DNA of 64,000 nucleotides from Acidobacteriota bacterium (GTDB taxonomy: Bacteria; Acidobacteriota; Terriglobia; 2-12-FULL-54-10), in assembly GCA_016191085.1 (NCBI GenBank), contig JACPPJ010000070.1, forward strand, positions 6,123-70,122, read 5' to 3'. Shown here piece by piece: positions 1-9,321 of this stretch (position 1 is the first letter of the stretch; every line of letters starts with the position of its first letter). A model generated the notes under the pieces. That model was given only the letters and a program-made list of their open reading frames with translations. It had not been told where the DNA came from and did not search any database. The translations under genes and the position numbers were made by a program.

Positions 1-150
1 TTTCCAAAGAACTGCCTCGATAATTCCACGGGCAGCGGAGGGCGTCATGACCGGATAAGACACTCTCTCGACCTTAAGCTCCGGTCGAGTAAAACATGCG
101 AGAAGACCGCGAGCGCGCAATCGCATTGTGGGGCTTCTAGGCACTGTCAT
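1..150 (-). CDS. cas5: Cas5c (type I-C Cas5d) N-terminal fragment; gene continues beyond the left edge of the window
   Basis: RBS AGGAGAGAG then ATG at 150 (minus strand), 50 nt downstream of the cas3 stop. Translation [50 protein letters not shown] matches the conserved Cas5d N-terminus (..[31 protein letters not shown]). The cas3-cas5c order is typical of type I-C. Confidence 0.7.
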   Translation of the reverse strand, partial: MTVPRSPTMRLRARGLLACFTRPELKVERVSYPVMTPSAARGIIEAVLWK

Positions 151-200
151 TGCTCTCTCCTTTCTAATTTCGTGATCGGCTGTTTCTTGCTAAAGCGTGT

Positions 201-2477
201 TCAAGCCATGAGGGCCGCAGGGTCGGCGTACAGCTCGTCACCAATTGTCAAACCGAATCTCTTGTCATAGTACTTCTCGTAAGGCTTAGAGAGGGTGAAT
301 ATACTTTCTGTTACTTCTTCCAACGCTCCTGCTTTGGTTAGCTTGTCAAAGGCATTGGGGTAAACATTCACGGTGAACCTCTGAAGATTGCGTAGTGTCT
401 CCCGCCTCGGCCCCTCAGTGCGGAGACGCAGCAGGTGTTCGGCTACCCCTTCGTAAGGAACAACGATAGATTTGGTAAAGCCATCCTCTATCAGCCGGAA
501 CTCACGTCCTACGGAGGCGAAGTTGAACTCCTGGCGGAGTGTCTGGATGTGCTTCATGTCGAGGTCCTTCGTAAAATAGAGCATCCTGAAATATTTTTCG
601 AACAATTCAGGATCGGCTGGGTCAAGAGTCCCTCCAGCCTCTTGCAGCATGGCTTCCATAACACCCAAAGCCTGCTTTGGAGTGCCGGGCGGGGGAGATG
701 ACTCAGCCCGGAAAATTACGACCTGACCCTTATCGCGGCGACCTTCCCGGTTGCACCTGCCAGCGGCCTGCACCATGCTGTCCAGCCCACCGAGCGCGCG
801 GTACACAATAGGAAAATCCAAATCCACTCCGGCCTCCACCAATTGCGTTGATACGACACGGCAGGGGCTTCCTTGCGTGCGTGTTCCTTTGATCTCCGCT
901 AACTTTGCCGAGCGATGCGCCGCGCACATTAAGGCCGAGAGATGGAAAACAGGGGTGTCGGGATCGGATTTATAAAGCTGCTGGGCCAGATTGCGAGCGT
1001 CGTCTCGTTTATGCACTATGGCCAGAACTTGCTGATGGTCCAACAGGTTGCTAGTGAGTTGCTCCCACGTCATCGCGGGAGCCTGAAGGTCCGGCCAGAA
1101 ATATTCTACTCGCTTCAGTTTCTGCGCCAATTCCTTGGGATTCGCAACGATCTCTCGAATTCCGTGGAGTCCCTTTTCAAAACCGATTCTCGCGGCAAGG
1201 GCTGGAGGAGTCGCCGTGGATAGGACAACCGTACACCCATAGTGGGTCACCAGTGCGTTGAGCGCATCGACGATACTGAGGAGGAATCCAGGCGGCAAGG
1301 ATTGAACCTCGTCCAGGATAATCACGCTTCGCGCAATGTTGTGGAGTTTGCGGCAGCGTGAAGGATGATTCGAGAACAGGGATTCGAAAAATTGAACTGT
1401 TGTTGTGACAATGATGGGAGCGTCCCAGTTTTCGCAGGCGAGTTCGTTCCTGTCTGTAAATTCCTGGCCGTACTGGCGCTTTGCTTTCTCTGGATCAAGG
1501 TTGGAGTGATGCTCCACGACGTTCTCGGCTCCAAGGGCTCGCCTATAAACGTCGGCGTTCTGCTCGATGATGCTGGTATATGGTATAACCACGATGACTC
1601 GCCGATGTCCCCACCGCTCGGCGTGACCAAGCGCGAACGACATCCCTGACAAGGTCTTCCCCCCGCCCGTTGGAACGGTGAGGCTGGAAATGCCTGGCTC
1701 CAACATGGCGGCTGTTCGGCATGCATTGAGGATGTGTGCGCGCGCTAGGTTCAGTTGGCTGGATTTTCCGAGAGCGGTGAGACCGGCCATCTCTTTGTCA
1801 ATGAATGAGTCTAGTTTTTCCCGAAGCGTGCCTATGAGAGAGAATCGGCTTCGAAGAGCGGACTTCGCCGGATCACAGAATTCCTCTGTATCTAGGCGGT
1901 CGGCGTCCACTAAGGCTGAGAACAAGAAACGGGTCCAGAATTCAGATGTTCGACAAAGCTCAAAACGCTCCTCGGGTAGCAACCCGGAGTGGGCCAAAAG
2001 GAACGCGGGAAGCTGGGGCATTGGACCGTCTGCTATTTCGGCAGGGATCATTGGGGTTATTTTTTCGAGTACCTTAGCGTTTTCTTTTAGTCGCTCCTTT
2101 AGTGGTTTCGGGGCACTCGGCTCGGACGAAATAGGATTGGCGAGTCCAGCGTGGTGAGCCGCAATTACAAAGGCTAGCGGTTCTCCCAAACTCTTGTTTT
2201 TTTGAATTGCGAGAGCGGCCCCCGCGCCAGAGTGTTCGACCGATTCCCGCGCCCCCAGCAGTTTCCGTTGAAATTCAACCTGGTACTTGCCAAGATCGTG
2301 CCAGAGTCCCGCGCAGTAGCCCCACTCGCGAGACTGAAACGCCTCCGCGAATTGACCGGCAAGTTTCGCAACACGAAGGAGATGTTCATTCAACTTGTCC
2401 CAGTTCGCAGGGGGCAAGCCTTCGCGACTGTGCGCATAGAAGACTGGGGTTTCGTTTACTTCAATGCTGTCGGTCAT
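201..2477 (-). CDS. cas3: CRISPR-associated helicase/nuclease Cas3 (HD domain fused N-terminal to SF2 helicase), 758 aa
   Basis: N-terminal HD motifs (YAHS.., GLWHDLGKY..FQ). Walker A TVPTGGGKT, DEVQ box (VIILDEVQSL), SAT motif (VLSTATPP), and a C-terminal helicase domain. Confidence 0.9.
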   Translation of the reverse strand: MTDSIEVNETPVFYAHSREGLPPANWDKLNEHLLRVAKLAGQFAEAFQSREWGYCAGLWHDLGKYQVEFQRKLLGARESVEHSGAGAALAIQKNKSLGEPLAFVIAAHHAGLANPISSEPSAPKPLKERLKENAKVLEKITPMIPAEIADGPMPQLPAFLLAHSGLLPEERFELCRTSEFWTRFLFSALVDADRLDTEEFCDPAKSALRSRFSLIGTLREKLDSFIDKEMAGLTALGKSSQLNLARAHILNACRTAAMLEPGISSLTVPTGGGKTLSGMSFALGHAERWGHRRVIVVIPYTSIIEQNADVYRRALGAENVVEHHSNLDPEKAKRQYGQEFTDRNELACENWDAPIIVTTTVQFFESLFSNHPSRCRKLHNIARSVIILDEVQSLPPGFLLSIVDALNALVTHYGCTVVLSTATPPALAARIGFEKGLHGIREIVANPKELAQKLKRVEYFWPDLQAPAMTWEQLTSNLLDHQQVLAIVHKRDDARNLAQQLYKSDPDTPVFHLSALMCAAHRSAKLAEIKGTRTQGSPCRVVSTQLVEAGVDLDFPIVYRALGGLDSMVQAAGRCNREGRRDKGQVVIFRAESSPPPGTPKQALGVMEAMLQEAGGTLDPADPELFEKYFRMLYFTKDLDMKHIQTLRQEFNFASVGREFRLIEDGFTKSIVVPYEGVAEHLLRLRTEGPRRETLRNLQRFTVNVYPNAFDKLTKAGALEEVTESIFTLSKPYEKYYDKRFGLTIGDELYADPAALMA

Positions 2478-2638
2478 AAGCTAATGACCCACTGCCGAAC
2501 TGAGTCGTTTCCTGAACGGTCTGCCTCTCCCCAATGATCGACTTCTTGGGCGGCTGCTAAGCTATAATCACATCAGACCAAGCGCAGAGAAGTGTACACC
2601 GGATCAGATGCTTCCTGAAACTGCTTAGGTCTGTCGAT

Positions 2639-3193
2639 TTGGGGCAAGAAGTTTGGTTCGATTGCATGGTTTTCTTTTCGGAAAGGAGACCTGGTATGCG
2701 GGGTACAGGAGGGCGCGAATGGCTAGCGTGGGGCGATTCTAGGATAGTTGACGATGGTGCGAGGCGCGAGCTTTCAACCAAGGGAGCATTGCTCGAAACA
2801 TTGGATATCCTGATTGCAGAAGCGGTGAAGTTCTCCGACACGTCCAGGACAACAATGATCGGTGAGTTAATCGGTCTGAAGAATCGGGCACGTTATTGTC
2901 TCGCCGACCTTGGACCAGACGCTCGTGACGCCTTGCGTGTGAGTGCGGAAATTAATTTTCCGAAGGCCTCAGAACCAAAATTCGAGGAGCAATGCTACGA
3001 GCTTGTGGATCAGTTACGGCGCGTTCTGGAATCAGTCCGAAGCAAAATCGAGAATCGCGTCCCATTGGTACCTAACCGAACTAAAGTGGGGATGGCGAAG
3101 AAAACTAGAGCAAGGAATCAATCTCCCTTTGCCTACTCCGATGAGGACCACAGGCTATACGACTTGATCGGTCCGTCGGCGGGACATTTTTGA
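2639..3193 (+). CDS. hypothetical protein (start uncertain; an internal ATG near 2696 is possible)
   Basis: Long ORF, co-directional with the downstream element genes, no recognisable motif. Confidence 0.35.
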   Translation: MGQEVWFDCMVFFSERRPGMRGTGGREWLAWGDSRIVDDGARRELSTKGALLETLDILIAEAVKFSDTSRTTMIGELIGLKNRARYCLADLGPDARDALRVSAEINFPKASEPKFEEQCYELVDQLRRVLESVRSKIENRVPLVPNRTKVGMAKKTRARNQSPFAYSDEDHRLYDLIGPSAGHF

Positions 3194-3236
3194 CGAATGG
3201 ACATTTGCGACCGACCCGGCCAACTTACAACCCAAG

Positions 3237-3533
3237 GTGCGCCCAGCCTTGCGGAAAGCCGCCGAACACCTCAGAAAATATCCTCCAGTAGGAATGACGC
3301 AAGAGGAAATAGATCGCTTAGTGGAAGCCATAGAAGCCCCGTGGGGCAACCGAATCGAGAAGCAAATCCGGGAGGCAATGGAATCACCAGACGGTACAGC
3401 GGCCTCCATAGCGGTTGCCGAGACCGTGAAACGCCTCGGCCTGGAGCCTTTCAAAGCCCCTGATCCTCTGCCTCCCATCGAGCCGCAAGACATCAAGCTG
3501 ATTTGCTGGCTGGCAGTGGATACGGCGAGTTAG
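3237..3533 (+). CDS. hypothetical small acidic protein (GTG start)
   Basis: 98-aa ORF with protein-like composition (MTQEEIDRLVEAIEAPWGNRIEKQIREAME). No homolog recognised. Confidence 0.3.
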   Translation: MRPALRKAAEHLRKYPPVGMTQEEIDRLVEAIEAPWGNRIEKQIREAMESPDGTAASIAVAETVKRLGLEPFKAPDPLPPIEPQDIKLICWLAVDTAS

Positions 3534-3733
3534 GGACTTTCCCGACCTGAATTGGCGAGGGGCACCATGCCCTGCTGGAGTCCAGAACTGGACGGTAGCT
3601 TGGGGAGAGGGGCAGAATCGCAGACTCAGCCCGCCGCTTGTGAGAACATTTCCTTCCTCTCGGGGAATGCGTACAATGTGCTTCAAAGGGTCGGCTATCC
3701 TTTCCGTCCAAATGACCCAACAATCTGGTAAGC

Positions 3734-4189
3734 GTGGGGCAACCGATCATGGACCACCGGGACAAGATCATCGCCGACATTGCGGAAAGGGAATGCAGGC
3801 GCGTCTCTCGGAAAGTCATTGTCGCCCTCCAAAAGATGACCGAAGGTATGCAGTCAGGAGATGGCTCCATTCTCAAGAATGTCTGGGATGAGGTGTGCGT
3901 CCAAGTCCAGTTTCAGCAATCGGTAATGTGGGATGCCTACCTTGAGACCATCAGCACGTTTATCGGGGGCGAAGTTGAGGGACTGGATGCTTTACAAAAG
4001 CAAGCCATTTGGCTCCAGACTGACAACGGAATGGAGTGGGAGGCGGAAAACGAGGGCGAGGGAACAGTTACATTCTGCGAGGACGATATCACCGAATACA
4101 TACTCCATAAGTTTGTGCTGTCGGCGGCTGCCGATTGGACCAACAAACGCATTGAGAAATACCTTGCACTCTTTATTGAATTTGATTGA
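3734..4189 (+). CDS. hypothetical strongly acidic protein (151 aa, about 28 D/E vs 14 K/R)
   Basis: Clean ORF. Composition recalls DNA-mimic anti-defence proteins. No motif recognised. Confidence 0.45.
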   Translation: MGQPIMDHRDKIIADIAERECRRVSRKVIVALQKMTEGMQSGDGSILKNVWDEVCVQVQFQQSVMWDAYLETISTFIGGEVEGLDALQKQAIWLQTDNGMEWEAENEGEGTVTFCEDDITEYILHKFVLSAAADWTNKRIEKYLALFIEFD

Positions 4190-4303
4190 TCGCCCAACTA
4201 TCGGCGGCGGCGGAGTATAGGTCAACGCACTGAAAAGTGACTGCATCCCCAAGCCGCCTGCTGCCGGTCTATTTTTATTCGGGAACCGGCGCGGGAGACG
4301 GGA

Positions 4304-5482
4304 TTGGCCAAGCAAACCCAGAAACAAATCGGGTACAGAATCGAGGATATTCGCTGGCTTTTCTGGCAAGTCCTTCGGCGATCTCCGAAATACCGGAAAT
4401 CAGTGGCCCGTCTTCTTAGGCTTTGGCGTAAGGATTCCAAGCTCAGGCCATGGAAGCCAGGGCTGACAGATAACCAGCGGGAGTGGCGACGGCACAAAGC
4501 ACATGCAGCTCAGGCAATGTTGCGAGCGTATAAGGGGTTGCAATTCGGTGAGATAAAACTATCTGCCGAGCAGTCCGACCTAAAGTTTGAATGGGGCAGC
4601 CTGGATCTAGAAAGCTTCTCGCAGCTAGAGCGTACAGGGGTGGTTCCCAGGCGGAGAGGAGATCGCAAGAAAGGGTCTTACCACGCAGAGGTTTTCCGGG
4701 CAGGCAAGAGAGCAAAGCCGCGTGGTACAGAGAGATTCCAGAGGGGCGTCCATCGGACGATGACTGAATTGGAGTGCATTACGAGCAAGGCTCTTCGTTC
4801 TCGCTATTACACACCAGGAACGGGGAAAACTGCGGTGGAAATACTTTTCTCCAGGCACCGAAAGGACGCGTTACCCGAACTGGAAAACTTCACGCGTCGC
4901 TGGAAGATGCGCTTCCCTGTACCTCCCTCCATAGAAGTGCCGCTAGAGCATGATATGACGAGCCCTTGGGCGTGGCCAGTAGTGATTCGTCATTTGAAAC
5001 TCACCGAAACCTTAGTCCTGGAAATTAGACCGGAAATTGGAAAAGGGATTGTTCTAGCGTTTATCGGTGGCGCAGTCTGGCACAGCATGAAGAAACGTCG
5101 AGACGGCACCATGCTTACGTCTCGCAAGCATGGACAAAAACGAGAGATGCATGTCAGTAAAAAATCCAACCACCAACTCTTGGTAGAAATCTCGCTCCCG
5201 GCTAACAAGGAAGACGTGTTGCGGGAGGTAGATAAGCATTTGGCCATCCACTCGCCCCACTTCCAGCTTGCTGAGAAACCTGATAAAAAGATTTCCCTCG
5301 ACAGAGAGTATTACGCGTTGATGTTCCAGGCTATTGATCTGCGGAAACGCGGGAAACGCGGTCTGAAGTTGGCAGACATAGCCGCAAGGTTCTGGCCGGA
5401 CCGTCAGAAGGATGCCCGCTCGGTTCGTGACCTTGCGGTAGCTTTCTCTGAACTCGCAACCAGATTTGACATCCCCCGGTAA
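4304..5482 (+). CDS. hypothetical basic protein (392 aa)
   Basis: Long ORF rich in K/R, no recognisable domain. Part of the element gene set. Confidence 0.45.
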   Translation: MAKQTQKQIGYRIEDIRWLFWQVLRRSPKYRKSVARLLRLWRKDSKLRPWKPGLTDNQREWRRHKAHAAQAMLRAYKGLQFGEIKLSAEQSDLKFEWGSLDLESFSQLERTGVVPRRRGDRKKGSYHAEVFRAGKRAKPRGTERFQRGVHRTMTELECITSKALRSRYYTPGTGKTAVEILFSRHRKDALPELENFTRRWKMRFPVPPSIEVPLEHDMTSPWAWPVVIRHLKLTETLVLEIRPEIGKGIVLAFIGGAVWHSMKKRRDGTMLTSRKHGQKREMHVSKKSNHQLLVEISLPANKEDVLREVDKHLAIHSPHFQLAEKPDKKISLDREYYALMFQAIDLRKRGKRGLKLADIAARFWPDRQKDARSVRDLAVAFSELATRFDIPR

Positions 5483-5523
5483 TTCCTGCCTTTACCTGCC
5501 CCCAAACTTCCGAATGCAATCCG

Positions 5524-5745
5524 TTGCAAGAGGAATACGCTTGCCTCATGCAGCACACGATATTTTTGACAACTTCCGAAGCCGCTAAAATTCTGCGCCT
5601 CACGCCGGCATCGGTAAGGGCATTGGAACGATCGGGGAAAATGAAGGCGCTCCGAACTCCCTCCGGGGTACGCATCTTCCGACTGGAGGACGTTCAACGT
5701 TTCTTAAAGGATCGTGAAGCGCACCGCGAGGGTAGAGGCAAGTGA
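5524..5745 (+). CDS. HTH_17 / excisionase-family (MerR-like) DNA-binding protein
   Basis: LTTSEAAKILRLTPASVRALERSGKMKALRTPSGVRIFRLEDVQRFL matches the excisionase-family HTH pattern. Confidence 0.6.
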   Translation: MQEEYACLMQHTIFLTTSEAAKILRLTPASVRALERSGKMKALRTPSGVRIFRLEDVQRFLKDREAHREGRGK

Positions 5746-5797
5746 TGGAGTGCGTTGCGATGCTCCAAGGCAACCGATCATACGTCGAGGTGCTTTA

Positions 5798-6895
5798 ATG
5801 CGTAACTACGCGATGATTTCTCCACTGTTTTGGATTGACGAGACCGGTAAAAAGCTCCGCCGTGCGGGAGAGGGAGTTCAACTGGTCGCCCTCTACTTAA
5901 TGACCTGCCCGGCAGCAAATATGTTGGGCCTCTACTACCTCGCACTCCCAACGCTCTGCCACGAGGTCGGGAAGGACAAAGAGGAAGTTTCGAAGGCTTT
6001 GAAAATCCTCTCTGATTTAGGGTTTGCTCACTACGATGCCGAAAGCGAGTATGTGTGGATACCGGAAATGGCCCGGATTCAGATCGGGCAAACGTTGAAG
6101 GTCGGGCAAAGGTTGAAGGCAGGCGACAAGCAGCGAGTCGGTATCGAGAGAGAACTTCAACAGATCAGGAGCAAGAAACTTGTCAACTTATTCCTGGAGC
6201 GGTACGCCGACGATTTCAATCTTGAAATCGAGACGGAGTCTGACCGCCACGGAGGGTTTAACGGAGGAGAAGATACCCCATCCGAAGGGGTAGCAAATCT
6301 CGCAGAACCCCTCTCGAAGCCCCATCGAAGGGGTACGAATAACTCCGCGAAGCCCATTCGAAGCAAAGAACAAGAGCAGGAGAATTACCAGGAACAGGAA
6401 CAAGAACAAGAATTTATTATGAAGGGGGAGTGTGAGGGGGAAACCAATTTCAAAAATGGTGGAAGCAATCCCAGGAAAAAGCCCCCGCAAAAGCGGGGAC
6501 CCCATTCTTCTTTTACAAAGTCCAGAACTGGGCATCCCGTCATAGACATGAACCAGGATGTAATTTCCTGGATGGAGAAAACCGGCAGGGAGTCCGGGAA
6601 GCGGTGGACGTACAGCAAGGACAAGCGGAAGAACCAAGGGCCGACTCCGGGGATGGAAGCCGAGATTCAGGAGAAGGACCGCACCGACGGGCCGTTCTTT
6701 CGCCCCGCGTGGTTGGATTATCTCCAGACGGACAGTGCGCGGACGGAGCGGTATCCGTACCGGAATTTTCTGGAGGGGTTCTGGCAACGCCGGTTGTCGG
6801 AGTTGGCCGAGGCGCAAGGGGCCGTGGAGCACGCGGCGAACATGGCGCGGTGGAAAGCTAAAGCACAGATTGGCGAATTACCAGAGGAGGGCTGA
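5798..6895 (+). CDS. putative replication-initiator / replisome-organizer-like DNA-binding protein with QEQEQE low-complexity linker
   Basis: The N-terminal region (LVALYLMTCPAANMLGLYYLALPTLCHEVGKDKEEVSKALKILSDLGF) resembles winged-helix replication-organizer N-domains. The ORF-track start at 5714 overlaps the upstream gene, so ATG 5798 is preferred. Confidence 0.4.
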   Translation: MRNYAMISPLFWIDETGKKLRRAGEGVQLVALYLMTCPAANMLGLYYLALPTLCHEVGKDKEEVSKALKILSDLGFAHYDAESEYVWIPEMARIQIGQTLKVGQRLKAGDKQRVGIERELQQIRSKKLVNLFLERYADDFNLEIETESDRHGGFNGGEDTPSEGVANLAEPLSKPHRRGTNNSAKPIRSKEQEQENYQEQEQEQEFIMKGECEGETNFKNGGSNPRKKPPQKRGPHSSFTKSRTGHPVIDMNQDVISWMEKTGRESGKRWTYSKDKRKNQGPTPGMEAEIQEKDRTDGPFFRPAWLDYLQTDSARTERYPYRNFLEGFWQRRLSELAEAQGAVEHAANMARWKAKAQIGELPEEG

Positions 6896-7124
6896 GGGTT
6901 TGTCAAGAAAACACCCAACGGTCGAGGAATTAAACCGCAAGCGGGAGAACATCGCTAAGCAGCGCGGAATTGTCCGCATCAGCATCGAGGACATTATGGA
7001 GGCGCGGGCCTATAAGCACGGATTCGATGCGGCCAGGGTTTCTGGTGCGAGCGCGGTGAGTGCATTCCGAATCGCCAAGGGAAGGACCCGACGTGGCGAC
7101 TGAGATGTAGCGGATGACGGCAAG

Positions 7125-7355
7125 GTGTGGAATATGAATTATCCCCAGGGCGATTTTTCTGCCCGTTATTTTTGCCGGGGCTGCGGCGAGCCACTGGTGG
7201 GCGGGGAACCGCGTGACTTCCATCCCGATTGCCTAAAAGCCGACAAGCGTCGCCGGACGAGGGAAAAGCGCCTCCGCGAGAGAACCAAGTTTCAAAGCTG
7301 GCTGCGGCGGCAGATGTGCCCCCATTGCGGCGGGAAGTTTGGCAAGCCGGGATAG
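7125..7355 (+). CDS. small zinc-ribbon protein (CxxC...CxxC), basic C-terminus
   Basis: CRGCGEP...HPDC...CPHCGGK cysteine pairs. Confidence 0.35.
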   Translation: MWNMNYPQGDFSARYFCRGCGEPLVGGEPRDFHPDCLKADKRRRTREKRLRERTKFQSWLRRQMCPHCGGKFGKPG

Positions 7356-7497
7356 AAGCTTCCGATGCTGCGAGGAATCTGCCTGTGAAGCTTCACACAG
7401 ACCGTCACTCGTGGAACTGGATGTCGTGCCAGTGAATGTCTTGACGAACCGGCTGCGGCAACGTCTAAAGAACGGCCTTGAGCTTGGACCGAAAAGC

Positions 7498-7932
7498 ATG
7501 AGTATGAACTCAATCCCGAAGTTGAGCGAGTTGCTGGAGCAGCCGGAAAAGGTGTCCACGCTGCCCTTGGAAGCGGTCCCGGCGTTGCGGGGCAAGCTCG
7601 CCGAGTTGGACACGCTGCTACAGATGCGCGTGGCGATGGCCCAGAGCAACGGCTCTATTGTCCCGGTTCCGCTCGCTGGACAGCCTGAGCTAATTGACTC
7701 CCCGGAACTGGCAAGGCGATGGAGCGTGCCGGAGTCCTGGGTACGGGATTGTGTTCGCAATCGGAGCGGAGACCCTATCCCTTGCGTCCGGCTTGGGAGA
7801 TACGTCCGTTTTGAATGGGGCTCGCCGGACCTGGAGGCGTGGTTTGGTCGCCGAAAAAGCGGGGCTAATTCCAAGCCGGAAGGTAGAACAAGAAACCGCT
7901 TGACAAGGCATCCTATTTCGGTTTATCAATAA
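7498..7932 (+). CDS. HTH_17 / AlpA-excisionase-like DNA-binding protein
   Basis: The C-terminal LIDSPELARRWSVPESWVRDCVRNRSGDPIPCVRLGRYVRFEWGSPDLEAWF fits the excisionase-family HTH. ATG 7498 or 7504 is preferred over the ORF-track start at 7339. Confidence 0.5.
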   Translation: MSMNSIPKLSELLEQPEKVSTLPLEAVPALRGKLAELDTLLQMRVAMAQSNGSIVPVPLAGQPELIDSPELARRWSVPESWVRDCVRNRSGDPIPCVRLGRYVRFEWGSPDLEAWFGRRKSGANSKPEGRTRNRLTRHPISVYQ

Positions 7933-7936
7933 TAAC

Positions 7937-8143
7937 ATGGGGCGAAGAAAAGCAGGACGGCCTAAGAAGAATCCCGAACACCGGCATAGCAAGTGGGTCA
8001 TGATCCGCCTGACACCGGGCGAGCATCGTAGCCTGCAAAACTACGCAGAACAGAGGGGTACTACGATGGCTGAATTCGTGCGTCACCTTGCGCTCCGCCG
8101 AATAGGGTACAGGGGCGAGTCTCGAAAGGAGGAAACAAAATGA
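7937..8143 (+). CDS. ribbon-helix-helix DNA-binding protein (MobC/CopG-like), possible Xis or regulator, translationally coupled to int
   Basis: KWVMIRLTPGEHRSLQNYAEQRGTTMAEFVRHLAL matches RHH/MobC consensus. The stop overlaps the int start (ATGA). Confidence 0.5.
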   Translation: MGRRKAGRPKKNPEHRHSKWVMIRLTPGEHRSLQNYAEQRGTTMAEFVRHLALRRIGYRGESRKEETK

Positions 8144-9315
8144 AGACTCGCCGGCAAGAAGGTCATATCTTCAAGGACGCTGGATATTGGTACGTTCGGT
8201 TTTACCAGGACGAAATCGGAGAAAGTGGGCAGATTGTGCGGCGTCAACGCGCAAAGAAGCTTGCGAGGGTCTCCGAATATCGTTCCAAAAAATCAGTCGA
8301 GCCGCTGCGAGATGAAATGCTCGAACGGCTCCAAGTCAACTCGCCGCACTACAACCCGGAAAGCACGATGACCATTGCCGGGTTTGTGAAGGAGCACTTC
8401 TTTCCGCATCACGTCTCCCAACTCAAGCCCTCGGTGCGCCCTTCCTATGAATGCAACTGGAAGAAGCACTTGGAGCCTGTGTGCGGGCAGATTCGGTTGC
8501 GGGATTTCCGAACCAGCGACGGCGAGCGTGTCATGAGGGAACTCGTGAGGCGGAACTTGGGCCGAAACACCGTTCGCCACTGCAAGAGCATCCTGAGCGG
8601 AATTTTCTCTGAGGCGATCCGCTTGGGCGTGCTCGACACCGGGAATCCTGTTCGGGAAGTCCGAATCCCGAGCAGCAAGCTCCGGCCGCCGGAAGAGACG
8701 GGTGCCTACTCGCTGGAAGAGATCACGAGGATGCTCCGCAACTTGATCGGGCCAGCCAGAGCCATTATCGCGGTGTTCGCCTACACGGGCTTGCGGAAGG
8801 GCGAAGTCGCGGCGCTCCGGTGGGAGTCTTGGCGGGACGGTGCCTTATGGGTCGAGCAATCGGCTTGGCGGACACAGCTTACCGATCCGAAATCCGTCAA
8901 GAGCAAGTCCCCGGTTCCGGTGATTGCTCCGCTGGCCGCGATTCTCTCAGAGCACCTGAACGGTCGCGCCGAAGGTCTGATGTTCAGATCAAGCAGGGGG
9001 ACTCCGCTGAACCTGGACAACTTTGCCAAGCGGACCATCCGGCCCCTACTCGAAAAACTGGGTATTGGCTGGCACGGCTTCCATGCCTTCCGCCGTGGGC
9101 TTGCGACAAACCTGAACGAGATGGGCGTTGACCCGAAGGTTGTCCAGGCGATAATGCGGCACGCCGATTTCCAGACCACGATGAATCACTACGTCAAAGC
9201 GGTCCCGGAGTCGGCAAGAAAGGCCATGGAAGGGCTCGAACGGCTAATATGCAGCCAGTATGCAGTAGAAAAGGACCTGGACCGTTGCGAAACTCCCGTA
9301 ACTCGCTTAAACTAA
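8140..9315 (+). CDS. int: tyrosine-type site-specific integrase (intact, 391 aa)
   Basis: Catalytic residues in context: AYTGLRKGE (Arg), HAFRRGLAT (His-x-x-Arg), MRHADFQTTMNHY (Tyr). The gene ends 6 nt before tRNA-Arg. Confidence 0.9.
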   Translation: MKTRRQEGHIFKDAGYWYVRFYQDEIGESGQIVRRQRAKKLARVSEYRSKKSVEPLRDEMLERLQVNSPHYNPESTMTIAGFVKEHFFPHHVSQLKPSVRPSYECNWKKHLEPVCGQIRLRDFRTSDGERVMRELVRRNLGRNTVRHCKSILSGIFSEAIRLGVLDTGNPVREVRIPSSKLRPPEETGAYSLEEITRMLRNLIGPARAIIAVFAYTGLRKGEVAALRWESWRDGALWVEQSAWRTQLTDPKSVKSKSPVPVIAPLAAILSEHLNGRAEGLMFRSSRGTPLNLDNFAKRTIRPLLEKLGIGWHGFHAFRRGLATNLNEMGVDPKVVQAIMRHADFQTTMNHYVKAVPESARKAMEGLERLICSQYAVEKDLDRCETPVTRLN

Positions 9316-9321
9316 AACCAC

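Larger units (their letters stand above)
2600..9320. mobile_element. Putative integrative (mobilizable) element between the cas3 promoter and tRNA-Arg; left boundary not defined
   Basis: Intact tyrosine integrase abutting tRNA-Arg, an RHH gene translationally coupled to int, two HTH_17 excisionase-family genes, zinc-ribbon ORFs, a putative replication protein and several orphan ORFs, all on one strand. No tRNA-derived direct repeat could be found at the left side. Confidence 0.5.

Noticed and set aside
2478-2640. Expected direct repeat of tRNA-Arg sequence marking the left att site of the first element
   Set aside because: No match to any part of tRNA-Arg of 10 nt or more was found here or in 1..200. 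The left boundary therefore remains undefined, and the element may use a non-tRNA-derived core or extend beyond the window.
4680-4700. YYTPGTGKT in the 392-aa basic protein as a possible Walker A
   Set aside because: The spacing does not fit GxxxxGK[ST] and there is no Walker B. This is probably coincidental.
6360-6420. Short tandem CAG/GAA-rich repeats (caggaacaggaacaagaacaagaa) that might look like a mini-array
   Set aside because: They are in frame within the 5798..6895 CDS and encode a QEQEQEQE low-complexity linker. This is not a CRISPR or noncoding repeat.
7233-7874. 213-aa minus-strand ORF
   Set aside because: Antisense to the HTH_17 gene 7498..7932. Ser/Arg-rich with no motifs.
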